A DNA stretch of 64,000 nucleotides from an uncultured Lentisphaeraceae bacterium (GCA_964386865.1 CAYLUN010000017.1:6565-70564), one strand, 5' to 3'. Numbered from the stretch's first letter, positions 20,035-29,244 are shown. Notes: generated by a model from the letters alone, not told the origin. A program made the numbers and translations.

Positions 20035-21225
20035 TCACTCCTGTATCCTGCGAAGCGCCTCGTCAATGCCGCAGACGCGCACCTCCGGCGCGACCTCGTA
20101 TCCGGCGTCCTCCATGGGGCAAATTACGAAGGCCTTCGCCGGCTTCAGCAGCTCCAATGCGGCACGTCCTCCGCGAGTCAGTTCAGGCGCGAGCGATGCC
20201 TTGAATTCAAAGGCTAACCGCCGCGTGCCCCGCTCGAGCACAAGATCCACCTCCTGCCCGTTGGAGTCCCGGTAGAACGACGCCCGCCAGCGAGGCAGCG
20301 CTGTGACGATCTGCTCCAGGCACCACCCCTCCCAAGACGCGCCGAGACACGGATGCCCCAGCAGGGCGTTCTGATCCTCCAGTTCCAACAGGCTGTGCAA
20401 AACGCCGCTGTCCCTGAAATAGAGCTTAGGCGCCTTGATCAGACGCTTCTTCAGATTCGCTTGCAATGGCGGCAGCAGCCGCACCATGTACATCGACTCC
20501 AGCAGCCCAAGCCAGCTACGGACCGCCGTGTGGCTGACGCCCAATGACTCTCCCAGCCGCGAGCTATTCAGCAACTGGCCGTGAACATGCGCCGCCATCC
20601 GCCACAGCCGACCCAGCGTCTCGGAATAGGCCACGCCCCCGCACAGCGGAACATCCCGCTCGAGAAACGTTGCCGCGAACTGCTCCCGCCACAACAGGCT
20701 CGCCTCTTCGGAGCCGGCCAGCAGACTCCCCGGAAAACCGCCCCGCCGCCAATGCGTGAAGAAGGCCGGACGGTCTCCCGCCACGCTCCCGCGCACCTCC
20801 CTCCACTGGAACGGCGTCAAGTGGTGATAGCGGATGCGCCCCGCCAGCGTCTCCGAACTCTGCCTGAGCAGCTCCGGCGCCGCCGACCCCAGAAGAAGGA
20901 AACGCAGCCCCAGCGGGCGGTCATCGGCCAGCGCCCTCAGCACGGGAAACAGACCGGGCTGGCGCTGCACCTCGTCCAGACAGACCAGCCGCCCTTTCTG
21001 CTGGCTCAGGAACAGTTCGGGGTCGCGCAGCCGCCGCGCGTGCGAGGGCCGCTCCAGATCGAGATAGACCGACTGGCCCTTCCACTCGGACAGCAGGTGT
21101 CGGGCAAGTGTCGACTTGCCGCACTGGCGCGGACCGAGCAGCGCCGTGACCGGCACCTCCTTCAGCGAACGCAACAAATCACCGCTAATCTCTCGTTCCA
21201 CAAAGTTATGTGTTTTGCCATCCAT
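20035..21225 (-). CDS. AAA+ ATPase, DUF4143-domain family (ATP-binding protein)
   Basis: Walker A 'LLGPRQCGKSTL', Walker B 'LVCLDEVQ' and 'LLGSAAPELL...SETLAGR'. Paralog of 27182..28336. Confidence 0.8.
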   Translation of the reverse strand: MDGKTHNFVEREISGDLLRSLKEVPVTALLGPRQCGKSTLARHLLSEWKGQSVYLDLERPSHARRLRDPELFLSQQKGRLVCLDEVQRQPGLFPVLRALADDRPLGLRFLLLGSAAPELLRQSSETLAGRIRYHHLTPFQWREVRGSVAGDRPAFFTHWRRGGFPGSLLAGSEEASLLWREQFAATFLERDVPLCGGVAYSETLGRLWRMAAHVHGQLLNSSRLGESLGVSHTAVRSWLGLLESMYMVRLLPPLQANLKKRLIKAPKLYFRDSGVLHSLLELEDQNALLGHPCLGASWEGWCLEQIVTALPRWRASFYRDSNGQEVDLVLERGTRRLAFEFKASLAPELTRGGRAALELLKPAKAFVICPMEDAGYEVAPEVRVCGIDEALRRIQE

Positions 21226-21471
21226 AGTTTCAAATTACATACTTTAGGCGTTTCCTGCAAGCCCCAAAACCAAGGAAGCGGAAAACCCGTTCTCTGTCCA
21301 CATTTTCAAACGGCGTTACTCCTGTCGTTTAGTCCCGCTCGGCGTGCGGCGGGCTTGTCTCCGGTTTCGAGTCTCACGTCTTACTCTCCCGACTTCTGCA
21401 CCCCACCCGCGCCATCAGGGAGAGGGCCGGGGTGAGGGTTCTGGCAACTGCTTGAGCGCCCATTGGAGGCC

Positions 21472-22377
21472 TCATGGAACTGGGGCCAGAACCACGCGGA
21501 AGCCGATCCAACTTTTCTTGGCCGTAGAAACATCCCCTGAATAGTACGCTGATCGACAGTCTGCGGCGTCAGAGCACCAACCCCCGCCCCGGTACTCAGG
21601 GCAGTGGAAGTTTTGGGGCCTCCGAGAATACACGTAATGGCACCACTCCGACACGTTTCCGTGCATGTCGTAAAGCCCCCAGGCGTTGGCCCGCTTCTGC
21701 CCCACCGCATGGTGACCCGTGCGTCCATAGCCATCACCGTACCAAGCCATGTCGTCGAGCTTGCCCGCATACGGTTCGGTTGTCCCCGCCCGGCACGCGT
21801 AAGGCCCTGTCGTCCCCGCGCGACACGCGTATTCCCACTCCGCCTCCGTCGGCAGACGGAAGCGACATGCGGGCGGGGTACGTATCTGCGCACCCGCCAG
21901 CATCCCGTTCAACGTCCGCAAGAACGTCTGGCAATCATCCCAACTCACACCCTCCACCGGTAATGCCGCGTTCTTGAAATGGCTGGGGTTATCCCCCATG
22001 ACCCGCTTCCATTGCCGCTGCGTCACTTCATACGCGCCCAACCAAAACCCTTTCGTCAGAGTCACACTGTGCTGCACCTCGTCCCCGCCCCGGTGATCTT
22101 CGGTTAACGGGCTGCCCATAAGAAACTCGCCCGGCGGCACCCAACGCAACTCAAGATTCACTCCGTCCCCCAGATCGAGCGTCAACGGGTTGCCGAGGTT
22201 GTATGTCGTCAGATTGGTTACAACCACAGCACTCGTGCTGTTTGGCAATGCCGGTGCTTGTGCCGACGCCAGACTGCTGTTTGTCAAACTCTGCCCGCCT
22301 TGTCCTAACTCATAAAGTTCTTTCACTTCAGCAGCGGAAAGCGCACGGTTATATCCGCCTTCGCAACGGTTCGGCAA
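21472..22377 (-). CDS. FGE-sulfatase (SUMF1/formylglycine-generating-enzyme family) domain protein
   Basis: 'RWVPPGEFLMGSP', 'GFWLGAYEVTQRQW', 'RLPTEAEWEYACRAG', 'GLYDMHGNVSEWC'. Contains an internal 10-aa direct duplication 'ACRAGTTGPY/ACRAGTTEPY'. Confidence 0.85.
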   Translation of the reverse strand: MPNRCEGGYNRALSAAEVKELYELGQGGQSLTNSSLASAQAPALPNSTSAVVVTNLTTYNLGNPLTLDLGDGVNLELRWVPPGEFLMGSPLTEDHRGGDEVQHSVTLTKGFWLGAYEVTQRQWKRVMGDNPSHFKNAALPVEGVSWDDCQTFLRTLNGMLAGAQIRTPPACRFRLPTEAEWEYACRAGTTGPYACRAGTTEPYAGKLDDMAWYGDGYGRTGHHAVGQKRANAWGLYDMHGNVSEWCHYVYSRRPQNFHCPEYRGGGWCSDAADCRSAYYSGDVSTAKKSWIGFRVVLAPVP

Positions 22378-22420
22378 TCCTATTCAGGCCCGGGGCGCAG
22401 CGCACAGGAAAACCAAACGG

Positions 22421-22807
22421 CTACCGAATCGTGAAAGGCACCTTGCCGCTGATCTGTTTGGAGCCAGCTTGCCCTCCACCGAAATCCATCGATGACACCC
22501 ACACATCATATTCACCCTTCGGCAGCGATTTGAATGTGGTCTTTGTTTTTCCAAACAGCATGTTGTTCAAACCCTGATGGCTCTGACGATTGATTGCGAA
22601 GGCCGACGCATTAGCCAAAAGTTTGCTATCGCTTGTGACACAGGTCAGCGTCGCCGTTGTTCCCGACACAACAAGTTTGATTTGCACCTCATGTTTATCA
22701 GAGGCATCGCTTGTGTATGTCTGGCTCGGCGAACATCCCAGAATACACAGGACTGCTCCAAGCAGAAAACACCCAACCCAACCGTCCGTCGTTTTCCTGA
22801 TTCTCAT
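22421..22807 (-). CDS. small hypothetical lipoprotein
   Basis: 'VLCILGCSPSQ' lipobox. Lies in an AT-richer segment. Confidence 0.5.
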   Translation of the reverse strand: MRIRKTTDGWVGCFLLGAVLCILGCSPSQTYTSDASDKHEVQIKLVVSGTTATLTCVTSDSKLLANASAFAINRQSHQGLNNMLFGKTKTTFKSLPKGEYDVWVSSMDFGGGQAGSKQISGKVPFTIR

Positions 22808-23309
22808 CTCATCTGTCCTTTCATGACGCTTCGTGTTTTTGGTCGCCGGCGAAAGCGCGTCATACGTCTTTCGGCGGCGAATGTCTTGATGATATAAACA
22901 ACAGCCGCTAAATCAACCCGGCAGAAGCAAATCCATAACGACAACTATTGAAAGTAAACAAGACTCTATAGACCTTTACATTCGCAGTCGTTAGTTTGGT
23001 TTCTTTCATTGAATCCCCTTGAGTTCTTTCACCTGACTATCTGTCATAAAAACCTTGAAATGATAAACAAATGACCAAGCCAATTATTGCCGCGAAAGCA
23101 TTCAGCTCCGAACGCCTCACCCGCCGCCAGCGTGGCCTCTGGCGCAGTCGCGCCATGCGCCGCCAGCGTGCGTCTGTCACCCAGTGAACCTGTCTGGTCA
23201 GTATTCATTCGTATCCCTTGTTGTATCCGTTCACAGAGAATTCAACCCGTCTTCAGTAACGCGTTTCGCAGTTCAGCCGACGGACTTTTACATCCTGAAT
23301 ACTCAACTT

Positions 23310-25832
23310 TCACCGCGACAAGACGAGCCGGAACCCGCAGTTGGTGAGGCCAAGCGTTCCGCCGCCGGTGTAGCGACCCTCACACTGCAAGTAGCAGGAA
23401 CGGACGCAATACCACGACCCGCCGCGCCACGCACCGAACGTCGTTCCCGACACATCTGCGGCGCAACACTCCCACACGTTACCACCCACCCCATGCAATT
23501 TCCACGCATTCACCCCGCTCTTCTCGACCGGGCACGACACCAGATAACCGTCGTTATACTCGGCAATATAGGTCCCGAATTGTCCTTTAGATTCCTGTCC
23601 GCAGTAGTTTCCAGCCTGCGGCGGCATGGAATTGCCCCACGGGTACTCGCGCCCATCGCCACACTGCGCGATAGTCAGCCACTCCTGTTCGGAGATCACC
23701 CGATAACGCAAACCTCCAAGCGTGCCTTTATCACGTTCCGTCAGCCACGACGCATACGCTTTCGCATCATCGAAATCCACCTGCGCGACTGGTTGACGAT
23801 CACCGTTCAGACTGTATCCTTGGTAGTCCTTACTGTTGTGTCTTGTTTCTTTCTTACGGTACTCTCCGTTTGTCACCTCGTATTTACCGACCCAGATCTT
23901 CAGCGCGGGCACCCATACAAATTCCATGCCCACCGCCGACGAGATCCACCCCTTTAGCATCGAAAGCTCCTGATCTCTCATGAAGGAGGCGATCTGGGTT
24001 CCGCGCGCTTTCACCTGCGCAGCCAAGACTTCGTCGGGCGCTGCGGTCAAGGCGGTCCTGTAAATGTCCACGGCTCCCTGCCAGTCTTTCCGGTCCTCGG
24101 CTTCGTTCCCTCGTTTCATGATCTCGTCGAAGGCGGCTTTCCTCTTCTCATAGGCGATGCGGTCGCCTGCTTTCTTTGCCCTCTCCAGCGCCTGCGTACG
24201 CTCGCTGTCCGTGGGTGCGGCAACAGCCGCGCTTTCGTACGCCGTCTGAGCCTTCGCATAGTCCCCGTTCTTTTCCATTTGTTGGGCTTCCGCAAGAAAG
24301 CGCTCGTATTCCGCCCGCTTGCGCGTAGACGTCCGATCAAGATCCCGCGCGTTTGCGACCCGGGCGAGCGCAGCCCTAACGTCTTCGGTGTTAATCAACT
24401 CGTTCGCCGCCTCGTAGGCTATGAGCGCCTCGGACCACTGACGGTTGGCCTCCGCAGCCTTGCCTTGTGTGATGAGCACGTCACGCCGCTCGCGCTTGAT
24501 CTTCATGCGTTCGGCTTCGGAAAGTCCGGCAATGAGATCTGACGAAGACGCCGACTTCGACCCGGACGTTTCTGTGACAGCCGTGCCCGCATGTGTCGCT
24601 GCTGGCCGAAGGTTACTTGATGATAATTCTGACTTCGGCGTGAGGGCCGCTAATGCCAACCACCCGACGGCCAGCACGGCCAGCGCCGCCGCGCCACCGA
24701 CCTGAACATGACGGTTTTTCAGGAGCTTCAGCCACCGCTGATCGCCCGGCTCACGCTCCAGACGTGCGATCTCTTTACGGACTTCATGTGCCGAGGCGAA
24801 GCGGCGGTCAGGAGGAGCCATCATGCGCTTGACCAGGCCGTCCAGGGCAGGCGGACAGCCTAACACCCGTTCGCTGGGCGTCTCCATGCCGGACGGCAGC
24901 TCGCCGGTCAGCAGTTCGAAAAGCATGACCCCCAAGGAGTAGATATCGGTCTGCGGGGTCACCTCCGTGCCCCGGCGCTGTTCCGGGCTCATGTAGTCCA
25001 TTGTCCCCACGATTTGACCCTGCATGGTCATCTGCGCGACTGACGGCCGCAGGGTGGGACGCTCACCCTGGCTCTCTTGCGAAGTCCGCATGCCGACCTC
25101 TATCGCCAGCCCCTGTTGGCCCAGGATGAGCGAACCCGACTGGCTGCGGATGACGTCGCCGAGGATCTTCCCCAAGCCGAAGTCCGCAATCCGAGAGTGC
25201 CCCTGCTCGTCGAACAGGATGTTCTCTGGCTTGATGTCGCGATGGACAATGCCCTTGCCGTGCGCATACTCCAGACCGGCGCAGATCTCATCCACGACAC
25301 GCAGCGCCGTGCGCCACGGCAGACGCGTCCCGCGGGGATGCAGCTTCGCGCGCAGGCTGCCGCCGGGCAAGTACTCCATGATGAAGTAGTAGACGCCGTC
25401 CTGACAGCCGAAATCATGGATCTGGGTAATATTGGGGTGATGCAACTGGGCCAAGACCTTGGCCTCCTGATGAAACCGCTGCACGAGGTCCTGCTGCGAG
25501 CTGAAACCCTCCGGCATGGTCTTGAGGGCGCGCGACACCTTCAACTCGGTATGCTCGGTCAGCCAGACAGCCCCCATTCCGCCTTCACCAATTTTGGCGG
25601 TCACCCGATCCTTGCCGAAGACTCTGCCGACGAGATTCGTTCCACCAGGAACCGCGCTGGGGCCAATGGTCTTGTCCGTCCCGACGCTGGGCGCGGGTCT
25701 TCCAACCGACCGCGCATCAGGCACGCGGATGCGACCATTACAGGCGGGACATTCGATCGTCTCACCTCCCATGTCGGACGGTGCTTCCAAACGTTGCTTA
25801 CAGTGTGGACACAGGAAATATATATCCGTCAT
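23310..25832 (-). CDS. Zinc-ribbon Ser/Thr protein kinase fused to a C-terminal FGE-sulfatase (SUMF1) domain, single-pass membrane
   Basis: N-terminus 'CPHCKQRLEAP...CPACNGRI' is a zinc ribbon. Kinase motifs 'IGEGGMGAVW', 'HRDIKPENILF', 'DFGLG', 'SPEQ'. TM 'VGGAAALAVLAVGWLALAAL', then a TPR-like helical repeat region. C-terminal FGE fold almost identical to that of 12212..15031. Confidence 0.9.
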   Translation of the reverse strand: MTDIYFLCPHCKQRLEAPSDMGGETIECPACNGRIRVPDARSVGRPAPSVGTDKTIGPSAVPGGTNLVGRVFGKDRVTAKIGEGGMGAVWLTEHTELKVSRALKTMPEGFSSQQDLVQRFHQEAKVLAQLHHPNITQIHDFGCQDGVYYFIMEYLPGGSLRAKLHPRGTRLPWRTALRVVDEICAGLEYAHGKGIVHRDIKPENILFDEQGHSRIADFGLGKILGDVIRSQSGSLILGQQGLAIEVGMRTSQESQGERPTLRPSVAQMTMQGQIVGTMDYMSPEQRRGTEVTPQTDIYSLGVMLFELLTGELPSGMETPSERVLGCPPALDGLVKRMMAPPDRRFASAHEVRKEIARLEREPGDQRWLKLLKNRHVQVGGAAALAVLAVGWLALAALTPKSELSSSNLRPAATHAGTAVTETSGSKSASSSDLIAGLSEAERMKIKRERRDVLITQGKAAEANRQWSEALIAYEAANELINTEDVRAALARVANARDLDRTSTRKRAEYERFLAEAQQMEKNGDYAKAQTAYESAAVAAPTDSERTQALERAKKAGDRIAYEKRKAAFDEIMKRGNEAEDRKDWQGAVDIYRTALTAAPDEVLAAQVKARGTQIASFMRDQELSMLKGWISSAVGMEFVWVPALKIWVGKYEVTNGEYRKKETRHNSKDYQGYSLNGDRQPVAQVDFDDAKAYASWLTERDKGTLGGLRYRVISEQEWLTIAQCGDGREYPWGNSMPPQAGNYCGQESKGQFGTYIAEYNDGYLVSCPVEKSGVNAWKLHGVGGNVWECCAADVSGTTFGAWRGGSWYCVRSCYLQCEGRYTGGGTLGLTNCGFRLVLSR

Positions 25833-25863
25833 AGTAGTGTGCCTCGTACGTTGTGATTTCCCC

Positions 25864-27003
25864 TCACCCGAACCGCTGCCGCTTGAACCGCTCGAACTCC
25901 TCCAGCATGTCCGATGTAATAGAACTGGGCACCCGCTGCCGAGCCTCTTCGAAATCGGCCGGAGTCAGCACGGCCTCCGAATCGTCAGTGATCGCGCGGC
26001 CCAGCGCCAGGCGCTTCGCCGCATGCACGACCGCGGCCACGTCGCTTCCGGAGAAGCCCTCCAGCGATTCCGCCAGCGCGGCTGCATCCAAAGACGCGTC
26101 GCAGGCCGCATCCCCCAGATGCTTCCGGAAGATGCCCAGCCGCGCCTCGGCGTCCGGCGGGCCGATGTAGATCTTTTCGTCGAACCGCCCCGAGCGGAAC
26201 ACCGCTTCGTCGATCTCCCACGGCTTGTTGGTCGCGCCCAGTATCAGCAGCACGTTCTTCGAGTCGCGGAACCCGCCCACGTCCGCCAAGAACTGCGTCA
26301 CCAGCCGGTTGTCGGCCCCGGAGGTGCCGTCGTCGCGCTTGGGCAGCAGCGCCTCGATCTCGTCCAAGAATAGCACGGCCATGGGCTGCTCCTGCGCCGC
26401 GCGGATCAGCCGGCTCAGGCGCTGCTCCGACTCGCCGTACCACTTAGACCTGAGCTGCGCGCCCGAGGCGTAGTAGAACGGGCACTCGAGCACGCCCGCG
26501 ACCGCCTTGCCCAGCAGGGTCTTGCCCGTGCCGGGCGGGCCGTACACCAGCACGCCGCCGCCCGCGTTCAGGCCCAGCGACCGCGCCTTCTCGGGGCTCT
26601 TCATCGGATACACGACCATCTCGTGGATCACGCGCTTCGCGTCCGCCATGCCCGCGATGTCGTCGAAGTCCACGTCCGGCTTCTCCGCCACCAGCCACTC
26701 GTCGCCGTCGGCGGTTTCGACACTCGACTCCCGACCCGCGACGCCCGAGCCATCCCCAACTTTAGAACTCCCGCACTTCAGAACTCCAGAACTTCTCCCC
26801 CTTAGCTCCTCCGCCAGCGCCACCCAGCCCTCTGCGTCCCGCGCGTGCGCCTCCGCGACCGGGCCGGAGGTCCGCCCCGCCAGCGCGAAGCCGCATTCGG
26901 CCGCGCGCGCCGCCTCGGCCGCCGCCCGCGCGTAGTCGTGCGCCTTGACGAACTCCGCGCAGGCGTTCTCATGCCGCGTCTTGATGTCGCTCATCGACCG
27001 CAT
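25864..27003 (-). CDS. Vps4-like AAA ATPase (MIT-like N-terminal domain, meiotic-clade AAA, Vps4_C-like C-terminal helix)
   Basis: N-terminal three-helix region 'ENACAEFVKAHDYARAAAEAARAAECGF' is MIT-like. A low-complexity linker follows. AAA core 'VLVYGPPGTGKTLLGKAVA...ASGAQLRSKWYGESEQRLSRLIRAA...VLFLDEIEALL'. C-terminal 'ADFEEARQRVPSSITSDMLEEFERFKRQRFG' resembles the Vps4 C-terminal helix. Confidence 0.85.
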   Translation of the reverse strand: MRSMSDIKTRHENACAEFVKAHDYARAAAEAARAAECGFALAGRTSGPVAEAHARDAEGWVALAEELRGRSSGVLKCGSSKVGDGSGVAGRESSVETADGDEWLVAEKPDVDFDDIAGMADAKRVIHEMVVYPMKSPEKARSLGLNAGGGVLVYGPPGTGKTLLGKAVAGVLECPFYYASGAQLRSKWYGESEQRLSRLIRAAQEQPMAVLFLDEIEALLPKRDDGTSGADNRLVTQFLADVGGFRDSKNVLLILGATNKPWEIDEAVFRSGRFDEKIYIGPPDAEARLGIFRKHLGDAACDASLDAAALAESLEGFSGSDVAAVVHAAKRLALGRAITDDSEAVLTPADFEEARQRVPSSITSDMLEEFERFKRQRFG

Positions 27004-27019
27004 CTTGAAAATCCTTTCT

Positions 27020-27172
27020 TTAGCTGTTCAGGAGCAGGTCCCCGGCCGCCAAGCGCCGGCCCGCCGGGCCGGACCGGCCCGTACGCGTCGTGGGCGTGTC
27101 GCCCATGCTGTGGTCGTCTGGCGGCGGGTTCGCGCTGCCCAGCGTCTTTCGGTTGCCGATCAAGTTGTCCAT
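27020..27172 (-). CDS. small hypothetical protein (about 50 aa), not in the ORF track
   Basis: 'AAAGGAGCCCC-ATG' is a strong RBS. ORF reads MDNLIGNRKTLGSANPPPDDHSMGDTPTTRTGRSGPAGRRLAAGDLLLNS. It lies between the DUF4143 and Vps4-like genes. Confidence 0.25.
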   Translation of the reverse strand: MDNLIGNRKTLGSANPPPDDHSMGDTPTTRTGRSGPAGRRLAAGDLLLNS

Positions 27173-27181
27173 GGGGCTCCT

Positions 27182-28336
27182 TTAATTTTGCACTACACAT
27201 TCGACGGCCGGAACAGCCTCGACGTTCTCGGCCAGCGGATAGCGGCGGGTGCCCGCGTATACGACCTCTCCGCGAGTGATCACCCCGTCGGCCAGCCCAG
27301 CCAGCAGCCCCGACGCGTCGGTGCGCCCCACCGACGCGCCGCACTTGAACTCGTAGCCGATCCGCTCGCGGCCGCGGTCGACGATCAGATCGATCTCGGC
27401 CCCGGCCTGCGTCCGGTAGAACCAGAACTGGCTCGCCGCGCCGTTCTGCATCTCACGGGCGATCACCTGTTCCACGAGCAGGCCTTCCCAACTGGCGCCG
27501 CGCCGGGGCGACTGCAGCAGCTCAAGCCCGCTGCGTATCCCAAGCAGCGCGTGCAGCAGACCGCAATCGCGGATGTACAGCTTGGGCGACTTGACCAGCC
27601 GCTTACCTAGGTTGGCGTGCCAGGGCTGCAGACGGCGGACGAGGAAATGCCCTTCCAGAATGTCGAGATGGCTGCCGACCGTGTGATAGGTGACGCCGAG
27701 GGAGCGCCCCAGCTCGGACGCGTTGAGCAGCCCGCCATGCACATGCGCCAACATGCCCAAGAACCGCCGCATCTCCTGCGGCGAGGTTTTGAGCCCGTAG
27801 CCGGCCAGGTCGCGCTGAACCAGCGACTGGACATACTGCTCCAGCCAGCGCGCCCGCCGCTTCGCGTCAGACTGCAGGCAGACGTCGGGATACCCGCCCC
27901 GCAACCAGTACTCGTCCAGTCCGGATAGCTCTCCCGCCACCTCGGCGTACAGGAACGGTGTCAGCTCCACGACGCCCACCCGCCCGGCCAAGCTCTCGGA
28001 AACCTTCCGAACCAGGATCGGATTGACCGAGCCCAGCAGATAGAATCGGCCAGTCTTACTGCGCTCCTCGTCGATCACCGATCGCAGGACGGAGAAGAGG
28101 GCCGGCAACTCCTGCGCCTCGTCGAAAATCAGCGTGCCCGGCAGACGACTCAGCGCCAGCTCCGGGTCGCCGGCGAAAACGGCGTAATCCGACGGCCGCT
28201 CCAGGTCGAAGTACGTCCCTTTCAGAAACGCTTTCGCCAGCGTCGTCTTCCCGCACTGGCGCGGCCCGACGATCAGCACCGCCGGGAACTGCGCTGCCAT
28301 TTCAGAGACAAGGCTTGCTATCCGCCGTTTAATCAT
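27182..28336 (-). CDS. AAA+ ATPase, DUF4143-domain family (ATP-binding protein)
   Basis: Walker A 'LIVGPRQCGKTTL', Walker B 'LIFDEAQE' and 'LLGSVNPILV...SESLAGR'. Paralog of 20035..21225. Confidence 0.8.
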   Translation of the reverse strand: MIKRRIASLVSEMAAQFPAVLIVGPRQCGKTTLAKAFLKGTYFDLERPSDYAVFAGDPELALSRLPGTLIFDEAQELPALFSVLRSVIDEERSKTGRFYLLGSVNPILVRKVSESLAGRVGVVELTPFLYAEVAGELSGLDEYWLRGGYPDVCLQSDAKRRARWLEQYVQSLVQRDLAGYGLKTSPQEMRRFLGMLAHVHGGLLNASELGRSLGVTYHTVGSHLDILEGHFLVRRLQPWHANLGKRLVKSPKLYIRDCGLLHALLGIRSGLELLQSPRRGASWEGLLVEQVIAREMQNGAASQFWFYRTQAGAEIDLIVDRGRERIGYEFKCGASVGRTDASGLLAGLADGVITRGEVVYAGTRRYPLAENVEAVPAVECVVQN

Positions 28337-28555
28337 GATTGTAAATTAGCATTACCGTCTCTAATTAACAAGTCAAAAGTGGCAGGGCAACCTGCCCGTA
28401 CCCCGGTGGAGGGCGAACGTCCCCGTGAGCCGCCGGTCCGCACGTTGTACCGGCTTCAGCCGGCCACGATTCCCAGCTCTTCCCTGTACACGCCCGCGGG
28501 CTCGGAGAGTCCCGCGCCACATTGTCCTGCGGCTCGTGAGGACACTCGCCCTCCA

Positions 28556-28583
28556 GGGGCGGGCGGACACGGAGGCCCGCCCC
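28556..28583 (-). terminator. GC-rich hairpin (9-bp stem GGGGCGGGC/GCCCGCCCC, 10-nt loop) 30 nt downstream of the ESCRT-III-like gene stop; no U-tract
   Basis: Perfect inverted repeat read directly. Lies in the 276-nt spacer before the DUF4143 gene. Confidence 0.3.
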
Positions 28584-28612
28584 TGGCCCCTGTATCCTGC
28601 GGCGGGCTTCCC

Positions 28613-29242
28613 TCACTTCCCTCCGAGCAGCTCGCGCACCTTCTCCTGGCCGCCGCCGATGCGGCGCTCCATCTCCGAGGCCGTTTTCGCGCTGCCGCCG
28701 GAAATGTCGGCGGACACCTCCTGCTCCAGCGACTTCGACAGCTCCTCCAGCGACGGGATGTGGTCCTGCAGGTTGCCGGTCGCGCCCTCCATCTCCTTGT
28801 CGTAGAGCGAGGCCCAGAAGCGGTCGGCGTCCTGCTGCTCGCCGAGCAGCTCGCCGGCGGTGTCGAAGACGTCCTCGACCAGTTCGGGGTTAATGTCCGT
28901 GACCTTGTTGACCGCGGCCAGCGCGGTGGCGAACTCGGCGTCGGTGCCGGCGGTCTCCATCTTCATCAGGTACTGCTCGAAGACCCAGCGCTTCTGCTCG
29001 AGCTTGGTCACCAGCACCTGCGCAGCGCGGTAGCTGGTCAGCGCCCGCTGCGCCGCGGCCTTCTTCCCCTCCTTGAGCGCGTCGCGGGCTTTCAGCCAGT
29101 CCGCCTCCGCGTCCTTCTCCATGCGCTTCGCGCGATCCTTCACGTCCTGGATCGCGTTCTCCGCCTGCCGATACGCGCGCCGGCGGTCCTTGCGCACCGC
29201 GCGCTCTTTTTCCTTCTTCGTCTTGATGAATAGAAATGCCAT
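28613..29242 (-). CDS. ESCRT-III (Snf7/CHMP family)-like protein
   Basis: 209 aa from 'MAFLFIKTKKEKERAVRKDRRRAYRQAENAIQDVKDRAKRMEKDAEADWLKARDALKEGKKAAAQRALTSYRAAQVLVTKLEQKRWVFEQYLMKMETAGTDAEFATALAAVNKV...ELVEDVFDTAGELLGEQQD'. Colinear with CHMP2/Vps2-type proteins ('MDLLFGRRKTPEE...LDRE...KKxAKxGxxxAARILAKxLVRTR...QxxxMAxAMKGxTKAM...', acidic tail). Start chosen at 'MAFLF' because the upstream part is the heptamer-repeat spacer. Confidence 0.8.
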   Translation of the reverse strand: MAFLFIKTKKEKERAVRKDRRRAYRQAENAIQDVKDRAKRMEKDAEADWLKARDALKEGKKAAAQRALTSYRAAQVLVTKLEQKRWVFEQYLMKMETAGTDAEFATALAAVNKVTDINPELVEDVFDTAGELLGEQQDADRFWASLYDKEMEGATGNLQDHIPSLEELSKSLEQEVSADISGGSAKTASEMERRIGGGQEKVRELLGGK

Positions 29243-29244
29243 AT

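Noticed and set aside
20040-20052. 13-nt motif CCTGTATCCTGCG shared between 20040-20052 and 28590-28602
   Set aside because: A single exact 13-mer match is within chance expectation for a 64-kb window on two strands. No extended similarity exists around it.
23087-23957. ORFs 23087..23347(+) and 23184..23957(+) in and beyond the AT-rich spacer
   Set aside because: They overlap the well-supported kinase-FGE gene on the other strand or lie in the AT-rich spacer. They have no motifs or RBS and are probably spurious.
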